Assembly (NCBI GenBank): GCA_963845515.1
Contig: CAWJSR010000010.1
Coordinates: 64,001 to 128,000 of the forward strand
DNA: 64,000 nucleotides
Direction of reading: 5' to 3'
Source: an uncultured delta proteobacterium
GTDB taxonomy: Bacteria > Myxococcota > Myxococcia > Myxococcales > Anaeromyxobacteraceae
Part shown: piece by piece, positions 31,657 to 42,583 of the stretch
Position numbering within the stretch: the stretch's first letter is position 1
Layout of the letters: every line of letters begins with the position of its first letter
The notes under the pieces: model-generated
What the model was told of the DNA's origin: nothing
Database searches by the model: none
The model's input: the letters and a program-made list of their open reading frames with translations, nothing else
Translations under genes and position numbers: made by a program

Positions 31657-32477
31657 TTGTACGTGCCTCCGTGCCGGCTCCCCGAGACGAACCCGATGCC
31701 GACGAAAGACAGGAAGACGATGGCGAAGCCAATCAGCGTGAGGTAGGCGTTCCGGCGGCCGTGCCAGCCGGAGCGCCGCAGCTGGATGATAGCGCCGTAG
31801 AGGAGCCAGGCGGCGAGCGAGAAGATCTGCTTCTGGTCCCACTCCCAGGCGCGGCCCCACGCGTGGTGGGCGAAGATGGCGCCGGTCACGAGCGCCACGG
31901 TGAAGATGACGAAGCCGATCCTCACGAGCCGGTGATTGAGCCGATCGAGCGACTCGAGCGGCGGGAGGCGCGAGAAGAGCGCGCCGAACTTCTTCCCCTT
32001 CACCTGCCGCTCCTGGAGCAGGTACATGATCGCGACGCCGGCGGCGAGCGCGAAGCAGGCGAGCCCGGCGAACGAGGCCGAGACGTGGACCGGGAGCCAG
32101 CGGCTCTTCACCGCCTCGGGCACGTCCCCCGGGAGGTCGAGGCGGCCGAAGAGCGTCGGGACGAGGAGCATCACCACGAGCGGCGTGACGAAGGCCCCGA
32201 CCGACGGCATCCGGTAGGCGCGCTGGAAGAGCATGTAGCCGGCGGCGAGGAGCCACGCGAAGAAGATCGCGCCGCCCCTCAGGGTGAAGAACTCGAGCCC
32301 GCCGAACTCCTTGCAGCCGAAGCCGATGGCGGCCGCGTGGACCACGAAGCCGAACGCCAGCGACCAGTGCGCGACGGTCGCGACGCGCGGGTGCTTCGGC
32401 CGGGCGAAGTAGAGGACGAAGGCCGAGGCGGCGACCACGTACGCAGCGGCCGCGATGCGGAGCAGGACCAGGCTCAA
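31653..32477 (-). CDS. ccsA: Cytochrome c assembly family membrane protein (CcsA/HemX-like)
   Basis: Multiple TM helices; [36 protein letters not shown]. Confidence 0.82.
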   Translation of the reverse strand: MSLVLLRIAAAAYVVAASAFVLYFARPKHPRVATVAHWSLAFGFVVHAAAIGFGCKEFGGLEFFTLRGGAIFFAWLLAAGYMLFQRAYRMPSVGAFVTPLVVMLLVPTLFGRLDLPGDVPEAVKSRWLPVHVSASFAGLACFALAAGVAIMYLLQERQVKGKKFGALFSRLPPLESLDRLNHRLVRIGFVIFTVALVTGAIFAHHAWGRAWEWDQKQIFSLAAWLLYGAIIQLRRSGWHGRRNAYLTLIGFAIVFLSFVGIGFVSGSRHGGTYK

Positions 32478-32947
32478 GAGAGGTTCTCCAACAGGAACTT
32501 CGCGAGCGCCTCCGCCTCCTGGCGGCGCGCCTCCAGATCGCGGGGCATCGCGGCGGCCTGCCCGGCCGCCGGTGACGCCGGCTGGGCCCCCTGCGCCGCC
32601 GCCGCGCGGGGCTGCGCCTGCGCTGCGGCCGCGGCCTGCAGCACCGAGACCTCGGCGAGGAAGCCCGGCTCCACCTGGTAGGCGGTGTCCTTGTAGATGA
32701 CCGACGCGTCGATGTGGTCCGCGCCCAGCTCGCGGAGCTGCGCGTCGCTCTTCACCTTGCGGAGGAGCTGGTGGGGGTCCGCCTCGCCACCCTCGACCGT
32801 GACGAACTTCACCGCCGGCTCGAGGGCGTAGCTCCGCCCCTTGCCATCGCCGGACAGCAGCGTCATGACGTTGCCGACGAAGTCAATCTTGCCTTGCTCG
32901 GTCCAGGAATCGAGCATGTTCTGCGAGACGAAGAGGAGCCCGCTCAT
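32474..32947 (-). CDS. Hypothetical protein
   Basis: Codon-biased ORF overlapping the ccsA start. Confidence 0.7.
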   Translation of the reverse strand: MSGLLFVSQNMLDSWTEQGKIDFVGNVMTLLSGDGKGRSYALEPAVKFVTVEGGEADPHQLLRKVKSDAQLRELGADHIDASVIYKDTAYQVEPGFLAEVSVLQAAAAAQAQPRAAAAQGAQPASPAAGQAAAMPRDLEARRQEAEALAKFLLENLS

Positions 32948-33045
32948 CGAACCCTTTGCCCACCCCGCGGCTCTTGGAGACACGCCAGAACCGGCGTCCT
33001 GCCCGGGGCTGCGGGGACAAAGAAGCTACCACGCACCCCGGCGGC

Positions 33046-33074
33046 TTGAAAGGGTCCCGGTCCGCGGCTATTTA
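33046..33074 (+). promoter_or_regulatory. Putative promoter of trxA
   Basis: TTGAAA-N17-TATTTA. Confidence 0.45.
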
Positions 33075-33120
33075 GAGCCTCTCGACACCTTCAAGCCCCC
33101 CCCAAAAAGCCGGAGCAAAC

Positions 33121-33453
33121 ATGTCCTCTGCCGACGTCGTCCAGTTCAAGGACTCCACCTTCCAGACCGAGGTGCTCAAGAGCGAGATCCCGGTCCTGGT
33201 CGACTTCTGGGCGGTCTGGTGCGGGCCCTGCAAGGCGATCGCGCCGGTCGTCGAGGAGCTTGCGACGCTCTACAAGGGCAAGGTGAAGATCGGGAAGATG
33301 GACGTGGACCACGAGCAGCAGGTCCCGCAGCAGTTCGGCATCCGCTCCATCCCCACCCTGCTCGTCTTCAAGGGCGGGCGCGTCGTCGACACCATCATCG
33401 GCGCCGTCCCGAAGTCCAAGATCGAGGAGAGCCTCAAGAAGGCGATGGGGTAG
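33121..33453 (+). CDS. trxA: Thioredoxin
   Basis: VLVDFWAVWCGPCK, IRSIPTL. Confidence 0.97.
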   Translation: MSSADVVQFKDSTFQTEVLKSEIPVLVDFWAVWCGPCKAIAPVVEELATLYKGKVKIGKMDVDHEQQVPQQFGIRSIPTLLVFKGGRVVDTIIGAVPKSKIEESLKKAMG

Positions 33454-33480
33454 GACCGCCCGCCATCAGCGTCCTCACGG

Positions 33481-33512
33481 GGCCCGCGCCTCCCGTCGAG
33501 GGAGGGCGGGCC
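33481..33512. terminator. Hairpin between convergent trxA and rodA
   Basis: GGCCCGC-GCCTCCC-GTCGA-GGGAGG-GCGGGCC. Confidence 0.5.
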
Positions 33513-33520
33513 TCGGCGCG

Positions 33521-34654
33521 TCAGTTCACGAACCGTCTCATCGACACGTTCGCGAGCAGCCCGAGCGCGATGAAGATCGTCATCACCGACGACCCACCGT
33601 AGCTCATGAGCGGCAGCGTGACGCCGACGACCGGCAGGAGCCCGCTCACCATCCCGACGTTGATGAACGCTTGCCAGAAGAGCATGCCCGCCACGCCGAT
33701 GGCGACGTAGTGGCCGAACCGGTCGCGCGCGTTCGCGGCTATGTCGATCGCGGAGGCCACGAGCGCGAGGTAGAGCGTCAGCAGGATGAGGCAGCCGAGG
33801 AAGCCATGCTCCTCCGCCCAGACCGAGAAGACGAAGTCGGTGTGCTGCTCGGGCAGGAAGCGCATGTTGTTCTGCGTCCCCTGCCCCCACCCCTTCCCGG
33901 TCCCCTCCCCCGAGCCGACCGCGATCATCGACTGGGTCGCGTGGTAGCCGGCGCCGCGCACGTCCCCCTGCGGGTTGATGAAGGTCTCGATCCGCTTCTT
34001 CTGGTACGGCTTCAGGTGCGGGTAGCCGGCGGTCGCGCCGATGACGGCGACCGCGCCGAGGATGGCGATCGTGCGCCACCGCACCGGCGCGAAGAGGAGC
34101 ATGGTGAAGCCGGTCCCTGCCACGATCAGCGCGGTGCCGAGATCCGGCTGGAACTTCACCATGACCGCCGGGACCAGGACGATCGCCAGCGGGATCGCGA
34201 GCCCGAGGAGGCCATAGGGCTCCTTGCGCCGCTCGGCGTCGTCGTGCAGCCAGCGCGCCAACGCGAGCGTCACCGCCACCTTCGCCAGCTCGGAAGGCTG
34301 GAGGTTGAACGGCCCGAGCCCGATCCAGCGGCGCGCCCCCATCACCCGCTTCCCCTTCAGGGCGACGAAGATCAGGAGCAGGATCACGAGGCCGTAGAAG
34401 ACCCACGCGAAGCGCTGGTAGTTCCGGTAGTCGAGGAGGGAGATCCCGAGGGCGACCAGCGAGAAGACCACCATGAAGAGGAGCTGGAGCTTCCAGATCG
34501 GCGTCGCGCCGGGAGCGCCCGTGTTCCGCGAGGCGCTCGCCAGGTTCCAGACGCCGATGGCGCAGATCGAGGCGACGATCCAGGCGATGTGCCCCGGGAA
34601 CTGGGCGAAGGGCCGCCGCTCGGGGGACGACGAGAAGGAGAGCTCAAGGGCCAT
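33521..34654 (-). CDS. rodA: Rod shape-determining protein RodA
   Basis: GARRWI, QPSELAK, QPDLGTA, GYHATQSMIAVGSG, LPEQHTDF, PLMSYGGSS. Confidence 0.95.
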   Translation of the reverse strand: MALELSFSSSPERRPFAQFPGHIAWIVASICAIGVWNLASASRNTGAPGATPIWKLQLLFMVVFSLVALGISLLDYRNYQRFAWVFYGLVILLLIFVALKGKRVMGARRWIGLGPFNLQPSELAKVAVTLALARWLHDDAERRKEPYGLLGLAIPLAIVLVPAVMVKFQPDLGTALIVAGTGFTMLLFAPVRWRTIAILGAVAVIGATAGYPHLKPYQKKRIETFINPQGDVRGAGYHATQSMIAVGSGEGTGKGWGQGTQNNMRFLPEQHTDFVFSVWAEEHGFLGCLILLTLYLALVASAIDIAANARDRFGHYVAIGVAGMLFWQAFINVGMVSGLLPVVGVTLPLMSYGGSSVMTIFIALGLLANVSMRRFVN

Positions 34655-36584
34655 TGGCCACCCCGACAACGGGCCGCGCTGCGGCGGCGTCCCCTGCCTT
34701 CAGCTCGAGGTACTTCTTCACGAGCGCGCTCGCGGTCGGCGCGGCGTTCGACGCGCCGAAGCCCGAGTGCTCGTTCAGCACCACGACGACGATCTCGGGA
34801 TCCCTCGCCGGGGCGAACGCCGTGAACCACGCATGGTCCCGCTGGAAGTAGGGGACCTCGGAGGCCCTGAGCCGCCGCGCGCCCAGCGTGACGACCTGCG
34901 CCGTGCCGGTCTTCCCCGCCATCGTCGTCTCCTCCAGGCGCGACCACCAGCCGGTGCCGTAGGGCTCGTTCACCGCGGCGAGGAGTCCCTTGAGCACGGT
35001 CTCGCGGGTGCTCGGCTGGACCGCCAGCGTGCCGCGCGCCTCCGGCCCGAACTCCTGAACGACGCGGCCGTCGGCGTCCTCGATGCGGAGCACGACCTGT
35101 GGCCGCCAGACCGTCCCGGTCGCGAGCGCCCCGTACATGACGAGCTGCTGCATGGGCGTGACGTTGACGTCCCCCTGGCCGATGGCGAGGTTGACCGCCA
35201 TCCCCCGCTGGTAGCCGCCGCGGACCTTCGCGTCGTGCCAGGCGACGTCGGGGATGACGCCGGGCACCTCGCCCGCGATGTCGAAGCCGGTCAGCTGGCC
35301 GAGGCCGAGCGCACGCGACCACTTCGCGATGGCGTCGGCCCCGAGCTGCGCGCCCGCGGCGTAGAAGAAGACGTCGCAGCTCGCGCCGAGCGCGTGCTCG
35401 AAGTCGACGGCACCGTGGCCCGACTCCTTGTCGCAGCGCCACCTGTGGGAGCCGTAGGTGTAGTGGCCTGGGCACCAGACGGTCGTGCCGGGCCGGAAGA
35501 TCCCCTCCTCCAGCGCGGCGACCGACGTGACCACCTTGTAGGTCGAGCCAGGGTGGTAGTGCTGCTGGATGGCGCGGAAGAGCTCGGGCTTGAGCGGATC
35601 GTCGTGGATGGCCTTCAGCTCAGCCGCCGTTATCCGGCCCGACATCTTGTTCGGATCCGGCGCGGGCCGATCGACGAGGGCCAGGAGGAAGCCGGTCCTG
35701 GCGTCCATCGCGGCGACGACGCCGGCCGTCGCGGGGAAGGTCTTCTCGGCGAACTCCTGGAGCCGCCAGTCGATCGAGAGGACCAGGTTCTGCCCCGGGC
35801 GCGACGGGACGAACCGCTTCTCGTCCGGACCCAGCGCGGCGGCGTCGAGCGCCCTCCCCTTGGAGTCGACCGGGACGAAGTGGATGCCGTCGACGCCGCG
35901 GAGCGTCCGCTCGAAGCGGCGCTCCAGCCCGCGCCGCCCGACGTAGTCCCCGGGCGAGTACGGCACGGTGTCCGGCCCTACCCGCTTGAGCTCCTGGTTC
36001 AGCGACTCCAGCTCCTTTGGGCCGACCTCGTTCATGTAGCCGATGAGGTGGCCGCCGAGCCCCGAGTAGCGGTAGTCGCGGTGAGGAACCGGCTGGACGT
36101 CGACGCCCGGCAGCTCCTCGTACAGCGCCTCGAGCACGTCGACGTCTTCGCGCCGGACGTCCACCCGGACGACGAAGGGCTTGAAGCGCGCGTTCTTCTT
36201 CCAGCGGGCGCCGGCGAGCCGCTCGAGGGCGGAGGCGTGCTCCTCGAGGGACATGCCGAGGATCACCCCGAGCCGATCGATGATCGCCTCGCACTGGCTG
36301 CCGCAGTAGTTGGGAGTCAGCGTGACGTCGAAGCTCGGCCGCTGGTCGACCAGGACGACGTGGTTGCGGTCGACGATGAGGCCGCGGTCCGCCGGGATCC
36401 GGACCTCCTTGAGGTAGTTGTCCTCCGCGCGGACGCGGTACTCGTCGCCGCGCACCAGCTGGAGCCAGAAGAGCTTGCCGATGAGCGACAGGAACGCGAC
36501 GATCACGACCAGCGTCGCCCAGGCCAGCTTGGGCCTGAACTCGCTCTGGGCGGCGCCTGGCGCGGATCCGGGGAGGAGTGACAT
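34644..36584 (-). CDS. mrdA: Penicillin-binding protein 2
   Basis: LQLVRG, RGLIVDRN, PGSTYK (SxxK), SCDVFFY, AGKTGTAQ. Confidence 0.95.
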   Translation of the reverse strand: MSLLPGSAPGAAQSEFRPKLAWATLVVIVAFLSLIGKLFWLQLVRGDEYRVRAEDNYLKEVRIPADRGLIVDRNHVVLVDQRPSFDVTLTPNYCGSQCEAIIDRLGVILGMSLEEHASALERLAGARWKKNARFKPFVVRVDVRREDVDVLEALYEELPGVDVQPVPHRDYRYSGLGGHLIGYMNEVGPKELESLNQELKRVGPDTVPYSPGDYVGRRGLERRFERTLRGVDGIHFVPVDSKGRALDAAALGPDEKRFVPSRPGQNLVLSIDWRLQEFAEKTFPATAGVVAAMDARTGFLLALVDRPAPDPNKMSGRITAAELKAIHDDPLKPELFRAIQQHYHPGSTYKVVTSVAALEEGIFRPGTTVWCPGHYTYGSHRWRCDKESGHGAVDFEHALGASCDVFFYAAGAQLGADAIAKWSRALGLGQLTGFDIAGEVPGVIPDVAWHDAKVRGGYQRGMAVNLAIGQGDVNVTPMQQLVMYGALATGTVWRPQVVLRIEDADGRVVQEFGPEARGTLAVQPSTRETVLKGLLAAVNEPYGTGWWSRLEETTMAGKTGTAQVVTLGARRLRASEVPYFQRDHAWFTAFAPARDPEIVVVVLNEHSGFGASNAAPTASALVKKYLELKAGDAAAARPVVGVANGP

Positions 36585-36587
36585 GGG

Positions 36588-37097
36588 CTAGGGCACGAGC
36601 TCCGACTCCTCGCGTCCCAGCAGGACGCCGAGCCGGTTCATGCCGGTGAGGACGAGCGGCGAGGCCGCCGCGGTCAGGAGCGCCTCCAGGAGCGTCCGTG
36701 GCAGCAGCAGCGCCCCTGGCGCCGCCTCGGGTGCGCCCGCCCACCGCTGGAGCAGGACGGCGCCGAGCGTGAGCAGGAAGCAGCCTGCCCCGGTCAGGAC
36801 GGCAAACCCTGCCTTGCCCCGCAGATCCACCGCCAGGCCCGCCGCGCGGCTCCCGAGGAACAGGACGACGGCGAGGAAGGTGAAGAGCCCCTTGGGCGTG
36901 CCGGCGAAGAGGTCCATGACCCACCCGATCCCGGCGGCCGCGGTGACGCCCTCGACGTTCTCCGCCTCGAGCCCGAGCCAGACCACGAGGGGGACCAGGA
37001 GCTGGAGCGGCACCGCTCCTCCGCCGATCCAGCGCAGCAGTACCGCCTGGACCGTGGCAGCGACAAGCCCCGTCAGCACGAATGCGAGCGGCCTCAA
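36588..37097 (-). CDS. mreD: Rod shape-determining protein MreD-like
   Basis: Hydrophobic 169-aa ORF between mreC and mrdA. Confidence 0.75.
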   Translation of the reverse strand: MRPLAFVLTGLVAATVQAVLLRWIGGGAVPLQLLVPLVVWLGLEAENVEGVTAAAGIGWVMDLFAGTPKGLFTFLAVVLFLGSRAAGLAVDLRGKAGFAVLTGAGCFLLTLGAVLLQRWAGAPEAAPGALLLPRTLLEALLTAAASPLVLTGMNRLGVLLGREESELVP

Positions 37098-38176
37098 CTC
37101 AGCCCCCCCCAGCCGGAGGTGGCATGGCAGCGGGCAGGACAGGGGCCGGGGCGCGCGGAGCCGGCGCGGCCGCAGGCGCCGCGCGGGGAGCCGGCGTCGC
37201 CGGGGCCGGAGCCGGACGGGGCCGCGGGCGGGGCCGCGGCAGCGGCGCGCAGCCCGGGAGCCGCGCCGGCCGAAGGCGAAGCGACTGGGGGCTGCGACGC
37301 CGGGCCGGGCGACGCCGAGGCGGGCGCGGGCGCGGGAGCCTCGTCCGCGCCGTCGACCGCCGTGATCACCAGGACCTCCTCCGCGCGGGTCGGGTCGACC
37401 GCGGGGATGACGTCCGCCGTCTGGAACAGGCCGTGCGGGCGGCGCTGGATCCCGGTCACGGTCCCCACGAGGAGGCCTCGCGGGAAGACGCCGTCGGTCC
37501 CCGAGGTCACCAGGCGATCGCCTTCGATCATGTCCTCGCTGCGCAGCGCGTAGTCGAGCCGCGCGGACCCCGGCTTGCCGTTGCCGCGCACGTTCGCGCG
37601 CGCGCGGGTGCGCTCGACCCGGACCGCGATGGAGGAGTTGCGATCGATCACGAGCAGGACGTCGGCGGTGCGACCGGTGACGGCTCCGATGCGGCCGACC
37701 ACGCCGTCCGCGACCACGACCGGCATCATGCGAACCACCCCATCGTCGCTACCGCGATCGAGCGTCAGGGTCTGGAAGCCAGCCGGCCCCATCCCGACCC
37801 CTATGACGCGGGCGGCGATCCAGCGCCGCTCGGGCGTCGCCTCGGCGAGGGAGAGGAGGCGGAGGAGCCGATCGTTCTCGAGCTGCTGCTGCCGCAGCCG
37901 CTCGTTCTCCATCCGGAGCTCGGTCACACTGCGGTCGAGCTCCCGCGCCCGATCGTGCGCGCCGCGGAGCGAGAGGTATCCGTCCCATCCCCTCAGCGTC
38001 CCGGAGATGGACCAGGCGAGCAGCCGCTCGAGGGGGGATGTGACGGCGAGCACGACCCTGTCGACGCGCGAGCGCTCGCCGGGAGCCTTGGCGTGGGCCA
38101 CGTAGACGCCGAGGGGGACGAGGAGCAGGGCGGCAACGAGGATGAGCTCGCGATAGCGCCGAATCAGAGCGAGCAA
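37094..38176 (-). CDS. mreC: Rod shape-determining protein MreC
   Basis: ENDRLLRLL, LDRGSDDGV, GVVGRI, VTSGTDGVFPRGL; Pro/Ala-rich tail. Confidence 0.93.
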   Translation of the reverse strand: MLALIRRYRELILVAALLLVPLGVYVAHAKAPGERSRVDRVVLAVTSPLERLLAWSISGTLRGWDGYLSLRGAHDRARELDRSVTELRMENERLRQQQLENDRLLRLLSLAEATPERRWIAARVIGVGMGPAGFQTLTLDRGSDDGVVRMMPVVVADGVVGRIGAVTGRTADVLLVIDRNSSIAVRVERTRARANVRGNGKPGSARLDYALRSEDMIEGDRLVTSGTDGVFPRGLLVGTVTGIQRRPHGLFQTADVIPAVDPTRAEEVLVITAVDGADEAPAPAPASASPGPASQPPVASPSAGAAPGLRAAAAAPPAAPSGSGPGDAGSPRGACGRAGSARPGPCPARCHATSGWGGLS

Positions 38177-38202
38177 GAGAACCCCAAAGACCCCGTAACC
38201 GC

Positions 38203-38237
38203 TTGCATTCTATCCGGCCTCGACTAGGGTATTCAAC
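38203..38237. promoter_or_regulatory. Overlapping divergent promoters (mreC / chaperone gene)
   Basis: Plus strand TTGCAT-N16-TAGGGT; minus strand TTGAAT-N18-TAGAAT. Confidence 0.45.
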
Positions 38238-38290
38238 CTTCCACGCGGCGCCCTCCGCGCCGCGTCACGCGACTCGGGGCAAAGACTCTC

Positions 38291-39835
38291 ATGCTCGATA
38301 AAGTGCGCCAGAACAAGGGCGGATTCATCACCTGGATCTTCCTCGGCGCCATCATCCTCGTCTTCGTCGTCTCCTTCGGCCCCGGCTCCTACGACAAGGG
38401 CTGCGCACCCGCGGCTCCCACCTGGGCCGCCAAGGTGAACGGAGTGACCCTGCCCGCCTCGGAGTTCGAGCGCGAGTACGAGAACCTGCTCCGCTTCTAC
38501 CAGCAGTTCGGCCAGGCGCCTACCCGTGAGCTCGCCGCGCAGATCGGGCTGCCGGGTCAGGCGCTCGACCGGATCATCGACCGGGAGCTCCTCGCACAGG
38601 AGGCCGGGCGCCAGGGGATCGTGGTCACCGACGCCGAGATCTCGCGGACGGTCCAGGAGATGCCGACCTTCCAGGCGGGCGGGCGCTTCGACTTCGACCA
38701 GTACGATCGCTACGCGCGGAACGTCGCGGGCTCCCCGGCCAAGTTCGAGGCCCTCCTGCGCAAGGACCTCCTTCACCAGAAGATGAAGGAGGCGCTCCGG
38801 CAGACCGTGAAGGTCTCCGAGGCGGAGATCCGGCAGGCGTGGTCGGACGAGCAGGACCGGGCATCCCTCACGTACGTCCGCTTCCCGCTCGCCGCCGCCG
38901 AGGCCGCCGCGAAGCCGTCGGACGCCGAGGTCGCAGCCTACGCCGACCGCGAGGCTTCCAAGATCGAGAAGACGTACGGCGAGAGCGCCGCGCGGTTCCA
39001 GAAGAAGCAGCGGGCCCACGTCCGCCACCTGCTCGCCCGCGCCCCGGAGACGGCCGATGCCGCCGCCGACGCCGCCGCGCGCGCCAAGGTCGAGGCCGCC
39101 GCCGCCCGGATCGCCGGGGGCGAGGAGTTCGCGAAGGTCGCCGCCGAGGTCTCGGACGACGCCGCGACGAAGGAGAAGGGGGGCGACCTCGGCTTCATCT
39201 CCCCCGAGCTGGTCGACGCGGCCTTCGCCGACGCCGCCTTCAAGCTCGCGGCCGGGCAGGTCTCCCCGCCGGTCCGGACCCGCTCCGGCTGGCACCTGGT
39301 GCAGGCGATCGCCGTGGAGCCGGCGCGCACGACCCCGCTCGCCGAGGCCAGGCTCGAGCTCGCACGCGAGCTCCTCACGAAGGAGCGCGCGCGCGCGCTG
39401 GCGATGCAGCGCGCCCAGGCGGCCCTCGACGCGGCGAAGGGCGGACGCGCACTCTCGGAGCTCTTCCCCGCGAAGAACCCGCCCAGGCTGGGCGACCAGC
39501 CGCTGACGGCCGCCGACACCACCAACTTCCGCGCCGCCGACGCCTCGGTCCCCGGCATCGGCTCGGCGCCGGGGCTGCGCGAGGACGCCCTCGCGTCCGC
39601 GGCCGGCCAGGCGCTACCCCGCGTCTACGAGGCCGCCGACGCGCTGGTGGTGGCGGTGGTGAAGACCCGCGAGCGGCCCGACCCGACCCTGTACGCGACG
39701 CAGCGCGCAGCGGTCGCAGAGCGGCTGGAGGGGAAGCGCGAGGCGGCCGTGCTGCAGACCTGGACGACTGACCTCGCGAAGAAGGCGCGGATCACCCGGA
39801 ACCCGGCCTACCTGGCGGCGGTCGGCGCCCAGTAG
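38291..39835 (+). CDS. PpiD/SurA-like periplasmic peptidyl-prolyl isomerase chaperone
   Basis: N-terminal TM anchor, SurA_N-like region, parvulin motifs HVRHLL, FAKVAAEVSDD..KGGDLG, GWHLV. Confidence 0.88.
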   Translation: MLDKVRQNKGGFITWIFLGAIILVFVVSFGPGSYDKGCAPAAPTWAAKVNGVTLPASEFEREYENLLRFYQQFGQAPTRELAAQIGLPGQALDRIIDRELLAQEAGRQGIVVTDAEISRTVQEMPTFQAGGRFDFDQYDRYARNVAGSPAKFEALLRKDLLHQKMKEALRQTVKVSEAEIRQAWSDEQDRASLTYVRFPLAAAEAAAKPSDAEVAAYADREASKIEKTYGESAARFQKKQRAHVRHLLARAPETADAAADAAARAKVEAAAARIAGGEEFAKVAAEVSDDAATKEKGGDLGFISPELVDAAFADAAFKLAAGQVSPPVRTRSGWHLVQAIAVEPARTTPLAEARLELARELLTKERARALAMQRAQAALDAAKGGRALSELFPAKNPPRLGDQPLTAADTTNFRAADASVPGIGSAPGLREDALASAAGQALPRVYEAADALVVAVVKTRERPDPTLYATQRAAVAERLEGKREAAVLQTWTTDLAKKARITRNPAYLAAVGAQ

Positions 39836-39858
39836 GCGGCAGCGGGCAGCGCCGCTCG

Positions 39859-40923
39859 CTACACGGCCGCGCCGGCGAGGCTGCTGGCGTGCACGACCGC
39901 GTCACGTGACGAGGCCTTGACGAGGTACATCGCGCCGTCGGCGCGCTCCAGCAGCTCCTCGGCGCGCCGGCCGTCGATCGGCCACGTCGCCACCCCGAGG
40001 CTGGCGGTGAGCCGGACGGAGAGCCCGCGGTCGACGAGGAACGTGTGAGCAGCGACGGCCGCCCGCAGCCGCTCCGCCACCCCCATCGCCTGCTCCCGAT
40101 CTGCCTCCGGCAGCAGGATGACGTACTCGTCGCCGCCGTAGCGGGTGGGGATGTCGGTCTCGCGCAGGCCTCCTCGCAGCACCTCCCCCACCTCGCGCAG
40201 CGTCGCGCTCCCCGCCTGGTGGCCGTGGCTGTCGTTGACCAGCTTGAAGTGGTCGAGATCGATGAAGACGAGCGAGAACGGGCGGCCGTAGCGCTCGCTG
40301 CGGGTGACCTCCGCCTCCAGCACGCGCTTCAGGTGGCGGGCGTTGAAGAGGCCGGTGTGCTCGTCGACGACCGTGAGCTCGCGGATCCTCTCGAAGGCCT
40401 GGGCGTTCTCGATGGCTATGGCGGCGTGATCGGCGAGCGCCTGGACCGTGAGCAGGTCCTCGGGAGTCAGCTCCCGCTCCCCCTTCCCGCTCACCACCTC
40501 GATCACCCCGAGAGTGCGCCCCCTCGACACGAGCGGCACGGCGATGAGGCTGCCGGAGACGTTGCCGGACAGCGCGTCGTACCTGGGGGCGAAGCGCGGG
40601 TCGCGCGGCGCGTCCTGGACGAGGACGGGCTGTCCCTCCCTCGCGACCCACCCCGCGACCCCCTCTCCCACGGGCAGCCGCAGCGAGGCTATCTTCTCGC
40701 TGCCCGGTCCCGTCGCGACCTCGAAGCGGAGCTCCCGCGTGGTCTCGTCGACCAGCAGCAGCGAGAAGCGCGTAGCCCTGACCAGGTCCTGCGCGCGCCC
40801 CATCACGAGCCTGAGCACCTCGGTGAGGTCGAGCGTCGACGTGAGCGCGCGGCCGATTTCGTTGAGCGCCTGCAGCTCGTCGACGGTTCGCTTCAGCTCG
40901 CGCAGCAGGTCGTGTGGAAGCAT
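39859..40923 (-). CDS. GAF-domain diguanylate cyclase
   Basis: GAF ([14 protein letters not shown]); [21 protein letters not shown]. Confidence 0.92.
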   Translation of the reverse strand: MLPHDLLRELKRTVDELQALNEIGRALTSTLDLTEVLRLVMGRAQDLVRATRFSLLLVDETTRELRFEVATGPGSEKIASLRLPVGEGVAGWVAREGQPVLVQDAPRDPRFAPRYDALSGNVSGSLIAVPLVSRGRTLGVIEVVSGKGERELTPEDLLTVQALADHAAIAIENAQAFERIRELTVVDEHTGLFNARHLKRVLEAEVTRSERYGRPFSLVFIDLDHFKLVNDSHGHQAGSATLREVGEVLRGGLRETDIPTRYGGDEYVILLPEADREQAMGVAERLRAAVAAHTFLVDRGLSVRLTASLGVATWPIDGRRAEELLERADGAMYLVKASSRDAVVHASSLAGAAV

Positions 40924-40971
40924 CGGATCGCCATGTGCCGTGGTAGCAATGTCCCCCCGGAGCCGTCAACG

Positions 40972-41544
40972 ATGCCAGTCTCGCACCTAGTCCTCGCCTC
41001 GGCGAGCCCGCGCCGCCGCGAGCTGCTGGAGCAGCTCGGGTTCACCCTCGCCATCCGGCCCGCCGACACCGACGAGTCGCCCCTGCCCGCCGAGCCACCC
41101 CGCGACTACGTCCTGCGCGTGGCCTGCGAGAAGGCGCGCGCCGTCGTCGGTGACCCGGTCCTCGCTGCCGACACCGCGGTCGTGCTCGGCAGCGCCATCC
41201 TGGGAAAGCCGCGGGACGTGGGCGACGCCCGCCGGATGCTGCGCGCCCTCTCCGGCGTCACGCACGAGGTGCTCACCGGGGTCTGCGTCCGGCGCGGCGG
41301 CGAGGAACGGACCGCGGTGGTGGCCGCGGAGGTCCGGCTCGACGCGCTGTCCGACGCCCAGATCGACTGGTACGTCGCCACCGGCGAGCCGCTGGACAAG
41401 GCGGGGGCCTACGCGATCCAGGGGCTCGCGGGTGCCTTCGTCCGGGAGCTGCGGGGGAGCGTCTCGAACGTGATCGGGCTGCCGCTCGCCGAGACGCTGG
41501 AGCTGCTGGCCGGCGCAGGCGTCAGGCTCCCCTGGGAGGGCTGA
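40972..41544 (+). CDS. maf: Maf-family nucleotide pyrophosphatase
   Basis: [36 protein letters not shown]. Confidence 0.93.
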   Translation: MPVSHLVLASASPRRRELLEQLGFTLAIRPADTDESPLPAEPPRDYVLRVACEKARAVVGDPVLAADTAVVLGSAILGKPRDVGDARRMLRALSGVTHEVLTGVCVRRGGEERTAVVAAEVRLDALSDAQIDWYVATGEPLDKAGAYAIQGLAGAFVRELRGSVSNVIGLPLAETLELLAGAGVRLPWEG

Positions 41545-42189
41545 TGGAGATCGCCGCCAACCTCGCGCGCATCCGCGCCGCACTGCCGCCCGGAGTGACG
41601 CTCGTCGCCGTCTCCAAGACGCAGCCCCCCGAGGCGATCCGGGAGGCGTTCGCAGCCGGACAGCGCGACTTCGGCGAGAACTACGCGCAGGAGTGGCGGG
41701 CGAAGGCCGAGGCGCTGGCGGACCTCCCCGGGCTCCGCTGGCACTTCATCGGCGGGCTCCAGACCAACAAGGTGAAGTACCTCGCCGGCAGGGTCGCCTT
41801 CGTCCACACGGTCGACCGCGCTCGAGCTCGCCGAGGAGATCTCGCGGCGCTGGGCCAGGGCGGGCGACGTGGCGCGCATCCTGCTCGAGGTCGACCTCGG
41901 CGGTGAGGAGCGGAAGGCCGGGTGCGCACCTGCCGACGTCGCAGCCGCTGCTCGCGCGCATCAGCGACGCTCCCGGCCGTGGAGGTGGTGGGGCTCACCT
42001 GCATCCCGCCGCCCGCAGACGATCCACGCCCCCACTTCCGGGCGCTGCGCGCGCTGCGCGACCAGCTCGGGCTGCGAGGCGCTGTCGATGGGGATGAGCG
42101 GCGACTGGCAGATCGCCGTCGAGGAGGGAGCCACCTTCGTCCGGATCGGGAGCGCGATCTTCGGCGCCCGGCCGCCGAAGGAGGGCTAG
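41544..42189 (+). CDS. yggS: PLP-binding protein YggS; about three frameshifts (near 41820, 41940, 42077)
   Basis: LVAVSKTQ, FGENYAQE, WHFIGGLQTNK, then GLTCIPP and LSMGMSGDW..GATFVRIGSAIFG in shifted frames. Confidence 0.88.
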
Positions 42190-42401
42190 AGCTCGCGCAG
42201 CTTCAGCCGCCCCTCGTCCGTGACGGTCACCTTGAACTCGACTCCGCAGTAGTAGCAGCGGATCTCGTCCCCGTCCCCGAAGCCGTCGTGCGGGTTGTTG
42301 GCGTTGCAGTCGGGGCAGTCGAAGTCGCTGAAGCGGCGATCCGCCCCCTGACCAGCCCTCTCCTTGTCGTCGTCGTCGTCGTAGCTCTGGTCGAACTGCA
42401 T
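42186..42401 (-). CDS. Small acidic Zn-ribbon protein
   Basis: CPDC...CYYC; GGAGG SD. Confidence 0.7.
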   Translation of the reverse strand: MQFDQSYDDDDDKERAGQGADRRFSDFDCPDCNANNPHDGFGDGDEIRCYYCGVEFKVTVTDEGRLKLREL

Positions 42402-42583
42402 GAGGCGCCTCCCTGGCGGCTCCTCGAAGGGTAGCCGACCCCGTCGCTCCAACGCGACACCCGTGTCACGGAAAGCGTCGGTTCACGGGCACACCACACG
42501 AAAAGGCCAGTCTTGACGCCCGATACGCATTGGCGTCCGACTTGCAGAACCCGTATACAGATGGACCGCCCTGGAGCCCGATC

